DNA of 64,000 nucleotides from Candidatus Zixiibacteriota bacterium (GCA_018820315.1 JAHJOQ010000110.1:2874-66873), one strand, 5' to 3'. Shown: positions 19,198-28,638, numbered from the stretch's first letter. Program-made: numbers and translations. Notes: generated by a model not told the origin, from the letters alone.

Positions 19198-19559
19198 CAT
19201 CAAATACGCCACCGATCGTAACTGAGCTGGGGGCGCAATCCCTCTCAGACTCTGCGAAGAGTAGACTGTCACTAATTCGCGAGCATTAGGCATATATGTT
19301 GTCGACCAAAACGGTCTATTTACTCTGCGTGTGATGCTGCGTTAAGTCCTTTCTGTCTCCAAATGAGCGGTGATATTGCTGTAGATCAGGGGCGGATGCC
19401 AGAAGTAAGGCGGTGCAGACTACTAGCTCAGAATCTCTGAGCGACGCGGATGTTCCGATGCAACAAACCCCAACCTGAATCGTCATAATGGATGTGCAGG
19501 ATTGATCAATTGGATTCCGCGTTTTCCATTCTGATCATTTCTACGCAAGCACGAAACGG

Positions 19560-19589
19560 CAACCCCGGCGCAAGTCGGGGTTGTTTATT
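19560..19589 (+). terminator. Intrinsic terminator-like hairpin with GCAA tetraloop
   Basis: CAACCCCGGC-GCAA-GTCGGGGTTG (10-bp stem, one G:U) followed by TTTATT. Confidence 0.6.
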
Positions 19590-19782
19590 CGCACACAGCA
19601 TGCTTCTTCATGATCAATCTAAGTGTGCATCGCCATGCATGGGAGGTCTCGGAATCTCCTGGAACAAATTCGATCAGCACTCGTTAGAATTAGCGGACAG
19701 CAATCGATACCATTTCGTCATGTGCAGGGGATTTCTTTAAGACTTAATACAAAGGGCGAAATGTGGACATCTTAGACATAGA

Positions 19783-19813
19783 GGGCTCATTTTTTGAGGG
19801 CTCATTTTTGAGC
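19783..19813. promoter_or_regulatory. Tandem operator-like palindromes upstream of nfi
   Basis: GGGCTCATTTTTTGAG followed directly by GGCTCATTTTTGAGC (CTCA-Tn-TGAG twice). Confidence 0.4.
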
Positions 19814-19940
19814 TTGTGTTCGAATGTGAAATTTCTTATTATCGTGTTGCCGCAGCAACTGCGTCGAAGTCAACTGTGAGTGGTCGGGGTGCGAATGGGC
19901 CAACCCGACATGATAACAACTGGAGCAAAAGAGGATTGAG

Positions 19941-20663
19941 ATGAAGTTTACGCGCCTACACCCTTGGACATCCGACATCAGAGAGGCGTCGCGGATTCAG
20001 GATAATCTGAAGCACTTCATTGAAGTGAAGGGTTCGAAGAAAGAGTTCCAATTGATCGCCGGTGCTGATACGGCATACTCCAAGAAAGACGATTCCGTAT
20101 TCGCGACCGTAGTGGTCATGCGATTCCCTGAGCTTGTGACTGTAGACAGAGCACGGGCTCAGACAATGGCGAGTTTTCCGCATCAAGCCGGCTTTGCTGC
20201 ATTCAGAGAGGGTCCCGTTATTATTAAGGCTCTGCAGAGACTCCAGACAACGCCCGATCTAATAATTTTCGACGCGAACGGAATCGCACACGAGAAGGGA
20301 ATCGGCATGGCTTCTCATCTGGGACTGATGCTTGACATAGCGACTATTGGATGTGCAAAGAAACGGCTTGTAGGTGAATTCGAAGAGCCGGAGGATTCTG
20401 TGAATGCTACATCCCCCCTGATGTACAATCGAGAGCAGGTAGGAACGGTTATCCGAACTCGAATGGGTGTGAAGCCATTGTTTGTCTCGATTGGCCATAA
20501 GATAGATTTGGACTCAGCTGTCGAAATTATAGCTTCGACTACTCGCGGCTATAGACTGCCGGAACCGATGAGAGTTGCGCATATACTGGCCAACAAGATG
20601 CGACGTAATTATGACAATCGCCTCAGGGGTTCCGGATCAAATCAGATGCGTCAATTCGGCTAG
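19941..20663 (+). CDS. nfi: Endonuclease V (deoxyinosine 3' endonuclease)
   Basis: AGAD, AFREGP, DANGIAH..G.ASHLG, IGCAK, PLFVSIGH, RLPEPMRVAH. Confidence 0.9.
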   Translation: MKFTRLHPWTSDIREASRIQDNLKHFIEVKGSKKEFQLIAGADTAYSKKDDSVFATVVVMRFPELVTVDRARAQTMASFPHQAGFAAFREGPVIIKALQRLQTTPDLIIFDANGIAHEKGIGMASHLGLMLDIATIGCAKKRLVGEFEEPEDSVNATSPLMYNREQVGTVIRTRMGVKPLFVSIGHKIDLDSAVEIIASTTRGYRLPEPMRVAHILANKMRRNYDNRLRGSGSNQMRQFG

Positions 20664-20771
20664 GCTCTTCTCCGACGGAGGCACATGTCCTACTGATCAG
20701 GGTCCACGACTTGGAGAGCAGCATCGCCCGATCGTTTCCAGATAGTCTTGAATTGCTATCAGGTATGCAGC

Positions 20772-21956
20772 ATGGTCTCGACAATAGATCGTCTCGCTGA
20801 CAAGTACTTCCCGTTTGCGCGGAAATTGCGCCGTCAACTCCATCAACACCCTGAGACTGCATTTGAAGAGCGAGAAACCTCGAAGTTACTTCAGGATCAC
20901 CTCGCCCCTCTTGGACTACTGATAACAAGAAAGGTGGCGTCAACCGGATTCACAGCGCTCCTCAAGGGTGACCCAAACGGCAAAGTCGCAGCGCTTCGTG
21001 CCGATATGGATGCGTTGCCGGTGAATGAAGAGACTGGCTTGCCGTACAGGTCGAAGACCAAAGGCAAGATGCACGCCTGTGGCCATGATGCGCACATGAG
21101 CATCGCAGTCGGTACAGCATACATCCTCTCCGATATCAGATCTGACCTCAAAGGTTCGGTCAAATTCATATTTCAACCGGCAGAGGAGACGCCGCCGGGA
21201 GGCGCGATTGCCATGATCGAAGAAGGAGTACTCAGATCGCCGGATGTGGATGCGATCTTCGGGCTCCACGTTGACCCTGACATACCGGTCGGCAAGATCG
21301 GAATCCGCGACGGTGTCATGATGGCCGGAGTGGTCGATTTCGACCTGACAGTCAAAGGCAAGGGTGGACATGCCGCTCGTCCTGATAAATGTATTGACGC
21401 TATTGTAGTTGCGGCAAATGTTGTTACGCAGCTTCAGAACATAGTATCCCGCCGGACCGATCCCCTGGAACCGGTTGTGCTGACATTCGGTAAGATAAGC
21501 GGGGGGAGTGCGCGCAATGTGATCGCCGGTGAAGTCACTCTCAGTGGGACTATGAGGTCTCTGTCAAATAAGACGATGGCCCGGATGAAGAAACTGATCG
21601 AAAATACCTGCAAACATGTAACGAAAGCATCGAACGCCGGCTTCGAAATAGACTATTTCACAAGCTATCCGCCTCTGATCAACGACGAATCCGTAAATCG
21701 ATATTATCGCAATGCCGCGCAAGAGCTGTATGGCAAGCGATCAGTCGTTGAGATCGCTTCTCCCCTGATGGCATCGGAAGATTTTGCGCGATTTCTTGAG
21801 CACATACCGGGCGCCATGATGCGGCTTGGTGTCAGAAACAGCAAGACCGATGCGATCTATCCGTGGCATCACAACCGGTTCAATATCGACGAAGATGCTA
21901 TTGGGATAGGCATGGCAGTTTGTTCCAAGGCCATATATGACTTTCTTGAAAGCTGA
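20772..21956 (+). CDS. M20D family amidohydrolase
   Basis: HQHPETAFEE, RADMDALP, MHACGHDAH, FQPAEE, SEDF, WHH. Start ATG 20772 preferred (track: TTG 20748). Confidence 0.92.
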   Translation: MVSTIDRLADKYFPFARKLRRQLHQHPETAFEERETSKLLQDHLAPLGLLITRKVASTGFTALLKGDPNGKVAALRADMDALPVNEETGLPYRSKTKGKMHACGHDAHMSIAVGTAYILSDIRSDLKGSVKFIFQPAEETPPGGAIAMIEEGVLRSPDVDAIFGLHVDPDIPVGKIGIRDGVMMAGVVDFDLTVKGKGGHAARPDKCIDAIVVAANVVTQLQNIVSRRTDPLEPVVLTFGKISGGSARNVIAGEVTLSGTMRSLSNKTMARMKKLIENTCKHVTKASNAGFEIDYFTSYPPLINDESVNRYYRNAAQELYGKRSVVEIASPLMASEDFARFLEHIPGAMMRLGVRNSKTDAIYPWHHNRFNIDEDAIGIGMAVCSKAIYDFLES

Positions 21957-21959
21957 ACT

Positions 21960-23471
21960 GTGAGATTGACTGTACGCACATCCATTCTTACCGCCGCTCT
22001 ATTGATAGGCGCAATATGTGCGACTGTCACCGCTCAGAACCGCAAAGGCTATTTCCCGGAAGACTGGGTTACATATACACAGACAAGGTACGTGACATCC
22101 GTCGCAAAGGGATGGGACGATATCTACTTCGGCACAACACACGGCATCATTCGTTACAACAGCCTCGAAGAGAAGTGGAGAGATCCTATGACCGCTTCCA
22201 GCGGACTCCCCTCGGATGAAATATGGCGGCTGGCTGTCAATCGGGACGACGATGTAATCTACGCAGAAACTTCGCTCGGTGTTTATAGTTATAGCCCTAC
22301 TTTTCAAGAGTGGACAAGCGAGTACGATTTTCCTGCTGAGCTCGATGACGGCAGTGGAATGAGACGGCTCAGCTTCGAGGCGTACCATTTCGATCTCGGG
22401 TATCATCTCTCCTATTCTTCAGACAACGTATACCTCACCGATCCTGATTTGAGAGACTACCAGATACTCGATGCCGCGGAAGATCGATGGGATCATGTTT
22501 GGGTTGCAACATACGGTCACGGGGTTGCCGACATCAATCTTGCGAACAATCTTGTGACAATGATCCCATTTGGAGTTTTCCAGGAGGATGTTAACGTCAT
22601 CTATCTGGACGGCAGCAAAGTCTGGTTTGGAGGAAAGCAGGGATTGGCGAGCGAGAATGCCATCACAATGTGGGACAGGCAGAATGACACATGGCAGTAC
22701 TTTGAAGCTCGCTTCAATGGCTGGATATCGTCGGATGAAGTGAATGCTATCACCGGCAATGGTCAGGCAGTATACTTCGGTACCGATTACGGACTCGTGA
22801 AATATTACCGAAAGAGCGGGAAATTCCGCAGTTTCACTTCAGCTCTCGGGTTAAGGTCGAACGCTGTATACTCTCTTTTCGCAGAGGATAGCCTTTTGTT
22901 CGTGGGTGGCAACGGAACTATCGATGTACTCCTAACTCCACAAGATTCGATTTTCCCGCTCACATCGTCCGCCGATGGATTTGGCAAAATTCTGGCAATG
23001 GCACATATCGGCGGGGACTTCTGGATCGGCACCGAGTACGGACTTCACCGCCTTGACGGAAGAACCTTCAAGTGGGGAAGGTTCAACATCCCCAGCGGTC
23101 ACCTCGGAGGGGCGGTGTGGCAGATCATTGAGGGTACGAATGGAGAGATCTGGTTTGCCGGCATCGACGGCGTTGTCCATCTTGACAGCAACCTGACTGA
23201 AATCGAGTCTTTCCTGACCAGAACGGACCTCAATGAACAAATGCCACACAGAATCGCACTGGCCGGTGACATCCTTTGGATAGGCACCGACAACGGTGTA
23301 CTCAAATATGACAGGGTTCGCAAAACCTGGAAGGACTATGCCACTTACGACGGCTTGATCGATAATTATGTGAACGACATGGTACTTGAGAATGACCATA
23401 TCTGGTTTGCCACACCCAGGGGGGCGACCAGATTCTACTGGAATAACCCGCTTCGGGTCCGTGAAGACTGA
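21960..23471 (+). CDS. Secreted beta-propeller repeat protein (two-component regulator propeller / ligand-binding sensor-like repeats)
   Basis: Signal peptide; repeated GLxSxxV / IWFGT-type blades (IYFGTTHG, VYFGTDYG, LWIGTDNG, DGLIDNYV). Confidence 0.7.
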   Translation: MRLTVRTSILTAALLIGAICATVTAQNRKGYFPEDWVTYTQTRYVTSVAKGWDDIYFGTTHGIIRYNSLEEKWRDPMTASSGLPSDEIWRLAVNRDDDVIYAETSLGVYSYSPTFQEWTSEYDFPAELDDGSGMRRLSFEAYHFDLGYHLSYSSDNVYLTDPDLRDYQILDAAEDRWDHVWVATYGHGVADINLANNLVTMIPFGVFQEDVNVIYLDGSKVWFGGKQGLASENAITMWDRQNDTWQYFEARFNGWISSDEVNAITGNGQAVYFGTDYGLVKYYRKSGKFRSFTSALGLRSNAVYSLFAEDSLLFVGGNGTIDVLLTPQDSIFPLTSSADGFGKILAMAHIGGDFWIGTEYGLHRLDGRTFKWGRFNIPSGHLGGAVWQIIEGTNGEIWFAGIDGVVHLDSNLTEIESFLTRTDLNEQMPHRIALAGDILWIGTDNGVLKYDRVRKTWKDYATYDGLIDNYVNDMVLENDHIWFATPRGATRFYWNNPLRVRED

Positions 23472-23508
23472 TTCAGACACGGCGCTGCTTATGTACGCTA
23501 ATCTTTGT

Positions 23509-23537
23509 TTGACAAATCACTATATGATGTCTAATTT
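23509..23537 (+). promoter_or_regulatory. Sigma70-type promoter for cdaR-tsaD
   Basis: TTGACA (23509-14), 17-nt spacer, TAATTT (23532-37). Confidence 0.55.
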
Positions 23538-23593
23538 GACTACGCCCGAACAATGCGTGGTGAGCAACCTCATAATCAGTACGGGGATTTTCG

Positions 23594-24517
23594 GTGGACC
23601 CAATCCTTAAACATTTCGGTGTCAAAGTACTCGCGGTCGTGCTCGCATTTCTTCTCTGGGTGCATGTTGTCACGAATATGACGTACGACCACAGGGTGGA
23701 ACTTCCGCTGGAGATCATCGACATTCCGGAAGGGATGATGCTTGTATCCAATGTTGACAAGAATTGCGACGTGATGATTCGCGGAACGGGCAAACAACTG
23801 ATCCGGTTCTTGATCGACGCTGATGACGCAAAAATCACTGCCGCAGGATACGGTGAAGGGTTGTACGTCATCGACATAACTCCCGAGGGACTTATATGCG
23901 ACAACAAGGGAGCCACAGAGATAATCGAAGTCATTTCCCCGAAGAAAGTCAGGCTCAGAATCGAGGAACGGCTTGAGCAGTGGGTCAGTGTAAGCCCTAA
24001 TGTCGAAGTAACTTCGGCTCTCGGCTATCAGAAAGATGGGGAACTCAAAGTCACACCGGACACAGTGCTCGTGAGTGGACCGAAGCGCGTGGTCCGAAAG
24101 ATGCAGAATGTCAAGACCGAGGAGCTTACATTCACCGACATAAAGGAGCCGTTCCGCGATCATGTCAGACTGACCTTCCCCGATTCGTCATATCTGACTC
24201 TTTCAGATTCGTCAGTCCTGATCGAGCAGAATATCATTCAGCTTATGGAGCGAACATTCTCCGACATACCGATCGGTGTCAGAAACAAAGTGCCCGACTC
24301 CACATACACCATAGTACCCACATCTGTTTCCGTGACCGTCATGGCGCTGCCCGCGGTTCTCGATTCACTTTCTGCCGGGCAATTCGCGGCATCCATAGAT
24401 GTTGCAGGAGTGCCGCCAGGTAGTACATTTGTCTCTCCGATCATCACCTTTCCGAATGGACTGCATCTTATAGACGTTAAGCCGAAGGAGATTCGTGTCG
24501 AGGTTCCTAGGGAATGA
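23594..24517 (+). CDS. CdaR/YbbR-like domain protein
   Basis: KVLAVVLAFLLW N-terminal TM; YbbR repeats (VMIRG, VTPDTVLVSGP, VPTSVSV, VKPKEIRV). Confidence 0.8.
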   Translation: MDPILKHFGVKVLAVVLAFLLWVHVVTNMTYDHRVELPLEIIDIPEGMMLVSNVDKNCDVMIRGTGKQLIRFLIDADDAKITAAGYGEGLYVIDITPEGLICDNKGATEIIEVISPKKVRLRIEERLEQWVSVSPNVEVTSALGYQKDGELKVTPDTVLVSGPKRVVRKMQNVKTEELTFTDIKEPFRDHVRLTFPDSSYLTLSDSSVLIEQNIIQLMERTFSDIPIGVRNKVPDSTYTIVPTSVSVTVMALPAVLDSLSAGQFAASIDVAGVPPGSTFVSPIITFPNGLHLIDVKPKEIRVEVPRE

Positions 24518-25515
24518 TCGTTCTCGGCATCGAGACTTCCTGCGACGAGACTTCGTGCGCTCTCATCGATGAACGCTTCCGAATCTTCTCCAATGCTATT
24601 TACTCCCAGCTTGAGCATGAGAAATATGGCGGGATAGTCCCGGAAGTCGCGTCACGTCAGCAAATAAAGAAAATCTATCCGATCTACAGAGAATGTCTGA
24701 AGTCGGCGGGCTTGGCAATCGACGATATCGATGCGATCGCGGTTACCTGCGGTCCCGGGTTGATCGGATCACTGCTCGTGGGGGTCAACTTTGCTAAGGG
24801 TGTGGCGTATGCTACTAAGAAGAAGATCATCGGTATCAACCATCTTGAAGGACATCTCTGCTCTAGTTTCCTCGAGCATGATGATCTCAAGCCACCCTTC
24901 ATCTCTCTGATTATCTCCGGCGGACACACGCTGCTGATTCACGTTAAGGATTACTGTGAGTACGAAATCCTTGGGCAGACGCGAGATGATGCCGCAGGTG
25001 AGGCGTATGATAAGGTCGCAAAGCTTCTCGGGCTTGGGTATCCAGGCGGGCGCAAGATCGACGAACTGGCGCGTAGCGGGAATCCGAAGTTTCACAAGTT
25101 CCCCAGAGCCACTGTCAGAAAAGATCCGCTGGCGTTCTCGTTTTCGGGACTCAAGACAGCAGTAGTTCTCTTTGTGCGCGATAAGACGACCGAATTCATC
25201 GCCGAGAATCTGAATCACATCTGTGCGTCGTTTCAGGAAGCTGTAGTCGATATGCTGGCTACGAGATGCCTTCGAGCGCTCGATGATCTCAAGCTCGACA
25301 AACTGGTTATCGGCGGCGGTGTGGCTGCAAACAGGCGATTGAGAGAGTTTTTCGGCGACGCAGCGAAACAACGTGGATTCAAGCTCTACTACCCGTCGTT
25401 GGAGCTATGCACCGACAACGGAGCGATGATCGCAGCAGCTGGATTGATAAGGCTGCAGCGGGGAGAATCATCGGATCTCACACTTGATGCTTCCGCACAA
25501 TTGCCGCTCGTTTAA
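24514..25515 (+). CDS. tsaD: tRNA N6-threonylcarbamoyladenosine biosynthesis protein TsaD
   Basis: GIETSCDET, HEKYGGIVPEVASR, GPGLIGSL, NHLEGH, ISGGHT, DDAAGEAYDK, CTDNGAMIA. Confidence 0.97.
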   Translation: MIVLGIETSCDETSCALIDERFRIFSNAIYSQLEHEKYGGIVPEVASRQQIKKIYPIYRECLKSAGLAIDDIDAIAVTCGPGLIGSLLVGVNFAKGVAYATKKKIIGINHLEGHLCSSFLEHDDLKPPFISLIISGGHTLLIHVKDYCEYEILGQTRDDAAGEAYDKVAKLLGLGYPGGRKIDELARSGNPKFHKFPRATVRKDPLAFSFSGLKTAVVLFVRDKTTEFIAENLNHICASFQEAVVDMLATRCLRALDDLKLDKLVIGGGVAANRRLREFFGDAAKQRGFKLYYPSLELCTDNGAMIAAAGLIRLQRGESSDLTLDASAQLPLV

Positions 25516-25763
25516 ACGCAGTGCGGCGCTAAGTCTTCCGATTCAAACTTGGAACTTTCATTATCCGTCGATTGTTAATACAGTAGACGCCAACAGCCAA
25601 GACCAGGTTTTCGCTAAACAGCGATGGGGAACTGCAGAAGATTAGAGCAACTAATCTCTTGACAAATGCTTGGTCTGTAGTTTATTGGGCGTGCTCTTTC
25701 TTGTTAGATTTCAGTTGCCAAAATCCGCAGCGATCTCATCAGGAACTTCTTGGAAGAATTGAT

Positions 25764-27032
25764 ATGATCAGGCGAACTCTGATTGGACTCATGATTGCAA
25801 TGGTCTTTCTTGCGGGAAACGCGAGGGCCGACAAGATTCTCATCCCAATGGATGACTCTCAGACCGATCATCTGAAGGCATACGGCGTAGCTTATTGGTG
25901 TCTGCAGCAGGGCATGAAAGTCGAATGGTTGCTGAACTTCCGAGCTGGCTCGTTTCTCGCCGATGCACGCGGCAATATCGAAAACATCTGTCTGCTTCGT
26001 GGTGTGGATTATGAAGTAGTATCACAAGATCAGGTCAGCCAGATTGAGGCAATTATCGACTCGGAGAATATGGAAATTGTGGAGCTTGAAAAAGTTCCGA
26101 ACGTTGCGGTCTATACTCCGCCGAACAAAGAACCGTGGGACGACGCAGTGACTCTTGCACTCACATACGCCGAGATTCCATACGAAACCGTCTGGGATGA
26201 GGATGTGCTCGCCGGCAAGCTGGTCGAATACGATTGGCTGCATCTGCATCACGAGGATTTCACGGGACAATATGGCAAATTTTATGCGATGTATCACTCT
26301 GCAACGTGGTATCAGCAGGAGGTCGCAGTCAACGAAATGACCGCTCGCAAGCTCGGCTTCTCAAAGGTGCCCGACTTGAAGCTGGCCGTAGCCCGGACGA
26401 TCAGAGATTACATCTCTCGTGGCGGGTTCCTTTTCGCAATGTGCTCAGCTCCCGAGACTCTCGACATGGGACTCGCTGCCTGGAATACCGACATTGTGCC
26501 GCAGGAATACGATGGCGACCCTTATGATCCTAACTGTAAAGAGAAGCTCGATTACGATCAATGTCTCTGTTTCGAGAATTTCACTCCGTCGCTCAACGCA
26601 CTGGAGTACCGCCATTCGGACATCGACACTTACCCTGAGAGGCGGGCATACATCCCGGGTGCTAACGCCGATTACTTCTCGTTGTTCGATTTCTCCGCAA
26701 AACTCGATCCGGTTCCGACCATGCTCGTGCAGTGCCATGTAGGCACAATGAATGGATTCATGGGGCAGTCGACGGCTATGCGAAAGTCGCTTCTGAAAAA
26801 ATTTGTTACAGTGCTTGCGGAGGTAGAAGGAAAGGACGAAGCCCGATATGTGCATGGCAACTTTGGGAAAGGTACGTTTACATTTCTTTCCGGTCACGAT
26901 CCGGAAGACTACCAGCACATGATAGGTGATCCGCCTACCGATCTGAGTTTGTACAAAAACTCACCCGGGTACCGTTTGATTCTTAATAACATTCTCTTTC
27001 CTGCGGCGAGACAGAAAGAAAGGAAGACTTGA
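25764..27032 (+). CDS. Conserved secreted protein with class I glutamine-amidotransferase-like fold (family often mis-annotated as asparagine synthetase B)
   Basis: Signal peptide ending ARA; DHLKAYG, WDDAVTLAL, WLHLHHEDFTGQYGKF, GGFLFAMCSA, GHDPEDYQH, YRLILNN. Confidence 0.7.
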   Translation: MIRRTLIGLMIAMVFLAGNARADKILIPMDDSQTDHLKAYGVAYWCLQQGMKVEWLLNFRAGSFLADARGNIENICLLRGVDYEVVSQDQVSQIEAIIDSENMEIVELEKVPNVAVYTPPNKEPWDDAVTLALTYAEIPYETVWDEDVLAGKLVEYDWLHLHHEDFTGQYGKFYAMYHSATWYQQEVAVNEMTARKLGFSKVPDLKLAVARTIRDYISRGGFLFAMCSAPETLDMGLAAWNTDIVPQEYDGDPYDPNCKEKLDYDQCLCFENFTPSLNALEYRHSDIDTYPERRAYIPGANADYFSLFDFSAKLDPVPTMLVQCHVGTMNGFMGQSTAMRKSLLKKFVTVLAEVEGKDEARYVHGNFGKGTFTFLSGHDPEDYQHMIGDPPTDLSLYKNSPGYRLILNNILFPAARQKERKT

Positions 27033-27170
27033 ACTTAGCCTGATAAAGGTATTTTATTACTGACAAGATTGTTGATATGACATATATTGAGTTCGCCTTT
27101 AGTGGGGCTGGCTCCCAAGTGAGGTTGGATTCAGCAAAAAGCTTAAAATCAGACATTAAGGAGTTTCATT

Positions 27171-27824
27171 TTGTTTGGGCCAAACCTAGCATTAATAGCA
27201 TCTAGCCACGAGAAAGATGGTCCGGTCGCTAAGCATCTTCAAAATCTGGGATTACAGATTCGTTTTGCTAATCTGAAGATGGGCGACTTCCTGATATCAG
27301 GGACTACTGCGGTCGAGCGAAAAGATGCTGATGCGTTTATTCAGTCAATCGAAGACAAGTCGATATTCAGACAACTGATTGACTTCAAGAGAGAATTCTC
27401 AAATCCGCTCTATATCATAGAAGGCTGCGATCTATATAAGAGCAAGCTGGTGAACGCGACTAAGATTCGATCTGCGATCTCGTATGTAACGATTCTCAAT
27501 CATGTTCCCATCATATTCACGCAGGATCCAAAGGATTCGGCGGAGTATATCTATATGATATCGAGACAGGCGGACCATGGACTCACGTTCAATCCGATTG
27601 AAGAAAAAAAGAAACAGAAGTTCTCAGAGGACAAAGAGGCACAGCTTTCTGTCGTCGAGCATCTGCCTGACATAGGCACCGCCATTGCAATGGCCATGCT
27701 CAAGCAGTTCAAATCGCTGAAGCAACTGTTTAACGCAACGAAAGAAGATCTGGTTTCTGTAGACGGAATCGGGGACAAGAGAGCAGAAAAGATACTGAAG
27801 TTTATTGCTAAGAAATACGAGTAG
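27171..27824 (+). CDS. Stand-alone ERCC4 (XPF/Hef-type) nuclease domain + HhH2 protein
   Basis: AAGGAG RBS + TTG; GDFLIS...AVERK, SIED..IFRQ, LYIIEG; two HhH motifs (LPDIG, VDGIG). Confidence 0.85.
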   Translation: MFGPNLALIASSHEKDGPVAKHLQNLGLQIRFANLKMGDFLISGTTAVERKDADAFIQSIEDKSIFRQLIDFKREFSNPLYIIEGCDLYKSKLVNATKIRSAISYVTILNHVPIIFTQDPKDSAEYIYMISRQADHGLTFNPIEEKKKQKFSEDKEAQLSVVEHLPDIGTAIAMAMLKQFKSLKQLFNATKEDLVSVDGIGDKRAEKILKFIAKKYE

Positions 27825-28231
27825 CGCCACTCCGGTTCGTATAACTAAGCCAAATACCTGCAAACAGTCCAACTCTCGGATGAATCAATTCGATACTTGA
27901 TACGACAGTGATCTTGAATCAGATACTGAGAGTGCGAGTCGCGTTCTGAATTCCCGATGATCTCCAGAATTCAAGAGTTGCTCAAAATAGCTCACCCTCG
28001 ATCCCCAGTGCACGCAGGAACTGCGATCCTACGATTGCCGCGAGAATTGGTACATCTGAGAAGCATGGAGATCATCCGGAAGCACTCTATTCCGATGGGA
28101 ATTTTCCTGAATCTGAGATCAAAGTATAGGAAGAAAGATTGTGGCACAATGATTTGCAGAATATACTTGACAAGGCCGCATTTGTTTATTTTATGTACGC
28201 GATATTGATGCGGAGGCTGTTGAGAATTTAA

Positions 28232-28249
28232 TTGTGAAGTTTGTCACAA
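28232..28249. promoter_or_regulatory. Rex-box-like (also Crp-like) palindrome upstream of the nuo operon
   Basis: TTGTGAAGTTTGTCACAA: 1 mismatch to Rex TTGTGAA-N4-TTCACAA and a perfect TGTGA-N6-TCACA; 30 nt before nuoA; TTGACA at 28167-72. Confidence 0.65.
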
Positions 28250-28278
28250 AAATCGTATGACGGCTGAAGGCTTGTGAT

Positions 28279-28638
28279 ATGCAACTCGAGAACTACGGAA
28301 CAGTCGGAATATTCCTCTTAGTCTCCGTCGGCTTTGTCCTGATGACATTTATCATTGCCAGGATCTTTCGACCGCAGCGACCCACCCCAAGTCAATTGCA
28401 GGCATATGAATGCGGCGAGCCGACCATCGGGCCGTCATGGGTACAGTACAACGTCCGCTACTATATTTTTGCACTGCTTTTTGTGATTTTCGATGTTGAA
28501 GTCGTCTTTCTGATCCCGTGGGCGGTCGTATACAAGCAGCTCGGACTCTTCGCATTGATCGAGATGCTGATATTCCTTTTTATTCTGATCTTCGGTCTCG
28601 TGTATGCCTGGAAGAAGGAGGTATTGAAATGGGTGTAG
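28279..28638 (+). CDS. nuoA: NADH:quinone oxidoreductase subunit A
   Basis: [27 protein letters not shown]. Confidence 0.95.
   Translation: MQLENYGTVGIFLLVSVGFVLMTFIIARIFRPQRPTPSQLQAYECGEPTIGPSWVQYNVRYYIFALLFVIFDVEVVFLIPWAVVYKQLGLFALIEMLIFLFILIFGLVYAWKKEVLKWV

Noticed and set aside
19191-19243. Possible second attC after the methyltransferase (CTGAGCTGGGGGCGCAAT)
   Set aside because: The invariant AAC and GTT triplets are absent and the stem is poor.
19229-19400. GGGGGCG / GGGGCGG starts resembling a tmRNA 5' end
   Set aside because: No following GGxTTCGAC and no tRNA-like 3' end with CCA.
27090-27135. Short GC-rich hairpin upstream of the ERCC4 gene as a tRNA or riboswitch
   Set aside because: No cloverleaf, no TTCGA T-loop and no recognisable aptamer.
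27957-28208. 83-aa ORF upstream of nuoA
   Set aside because: No RBS or motif, and it overlaps the nuo promoter region.
28518-28628. N-terminal extension of nuoB given by the ORF track
   Set aside because: It overlaps nuoA by about 120 nt; ATG 28629 with an upstream AGGAGG fits better.
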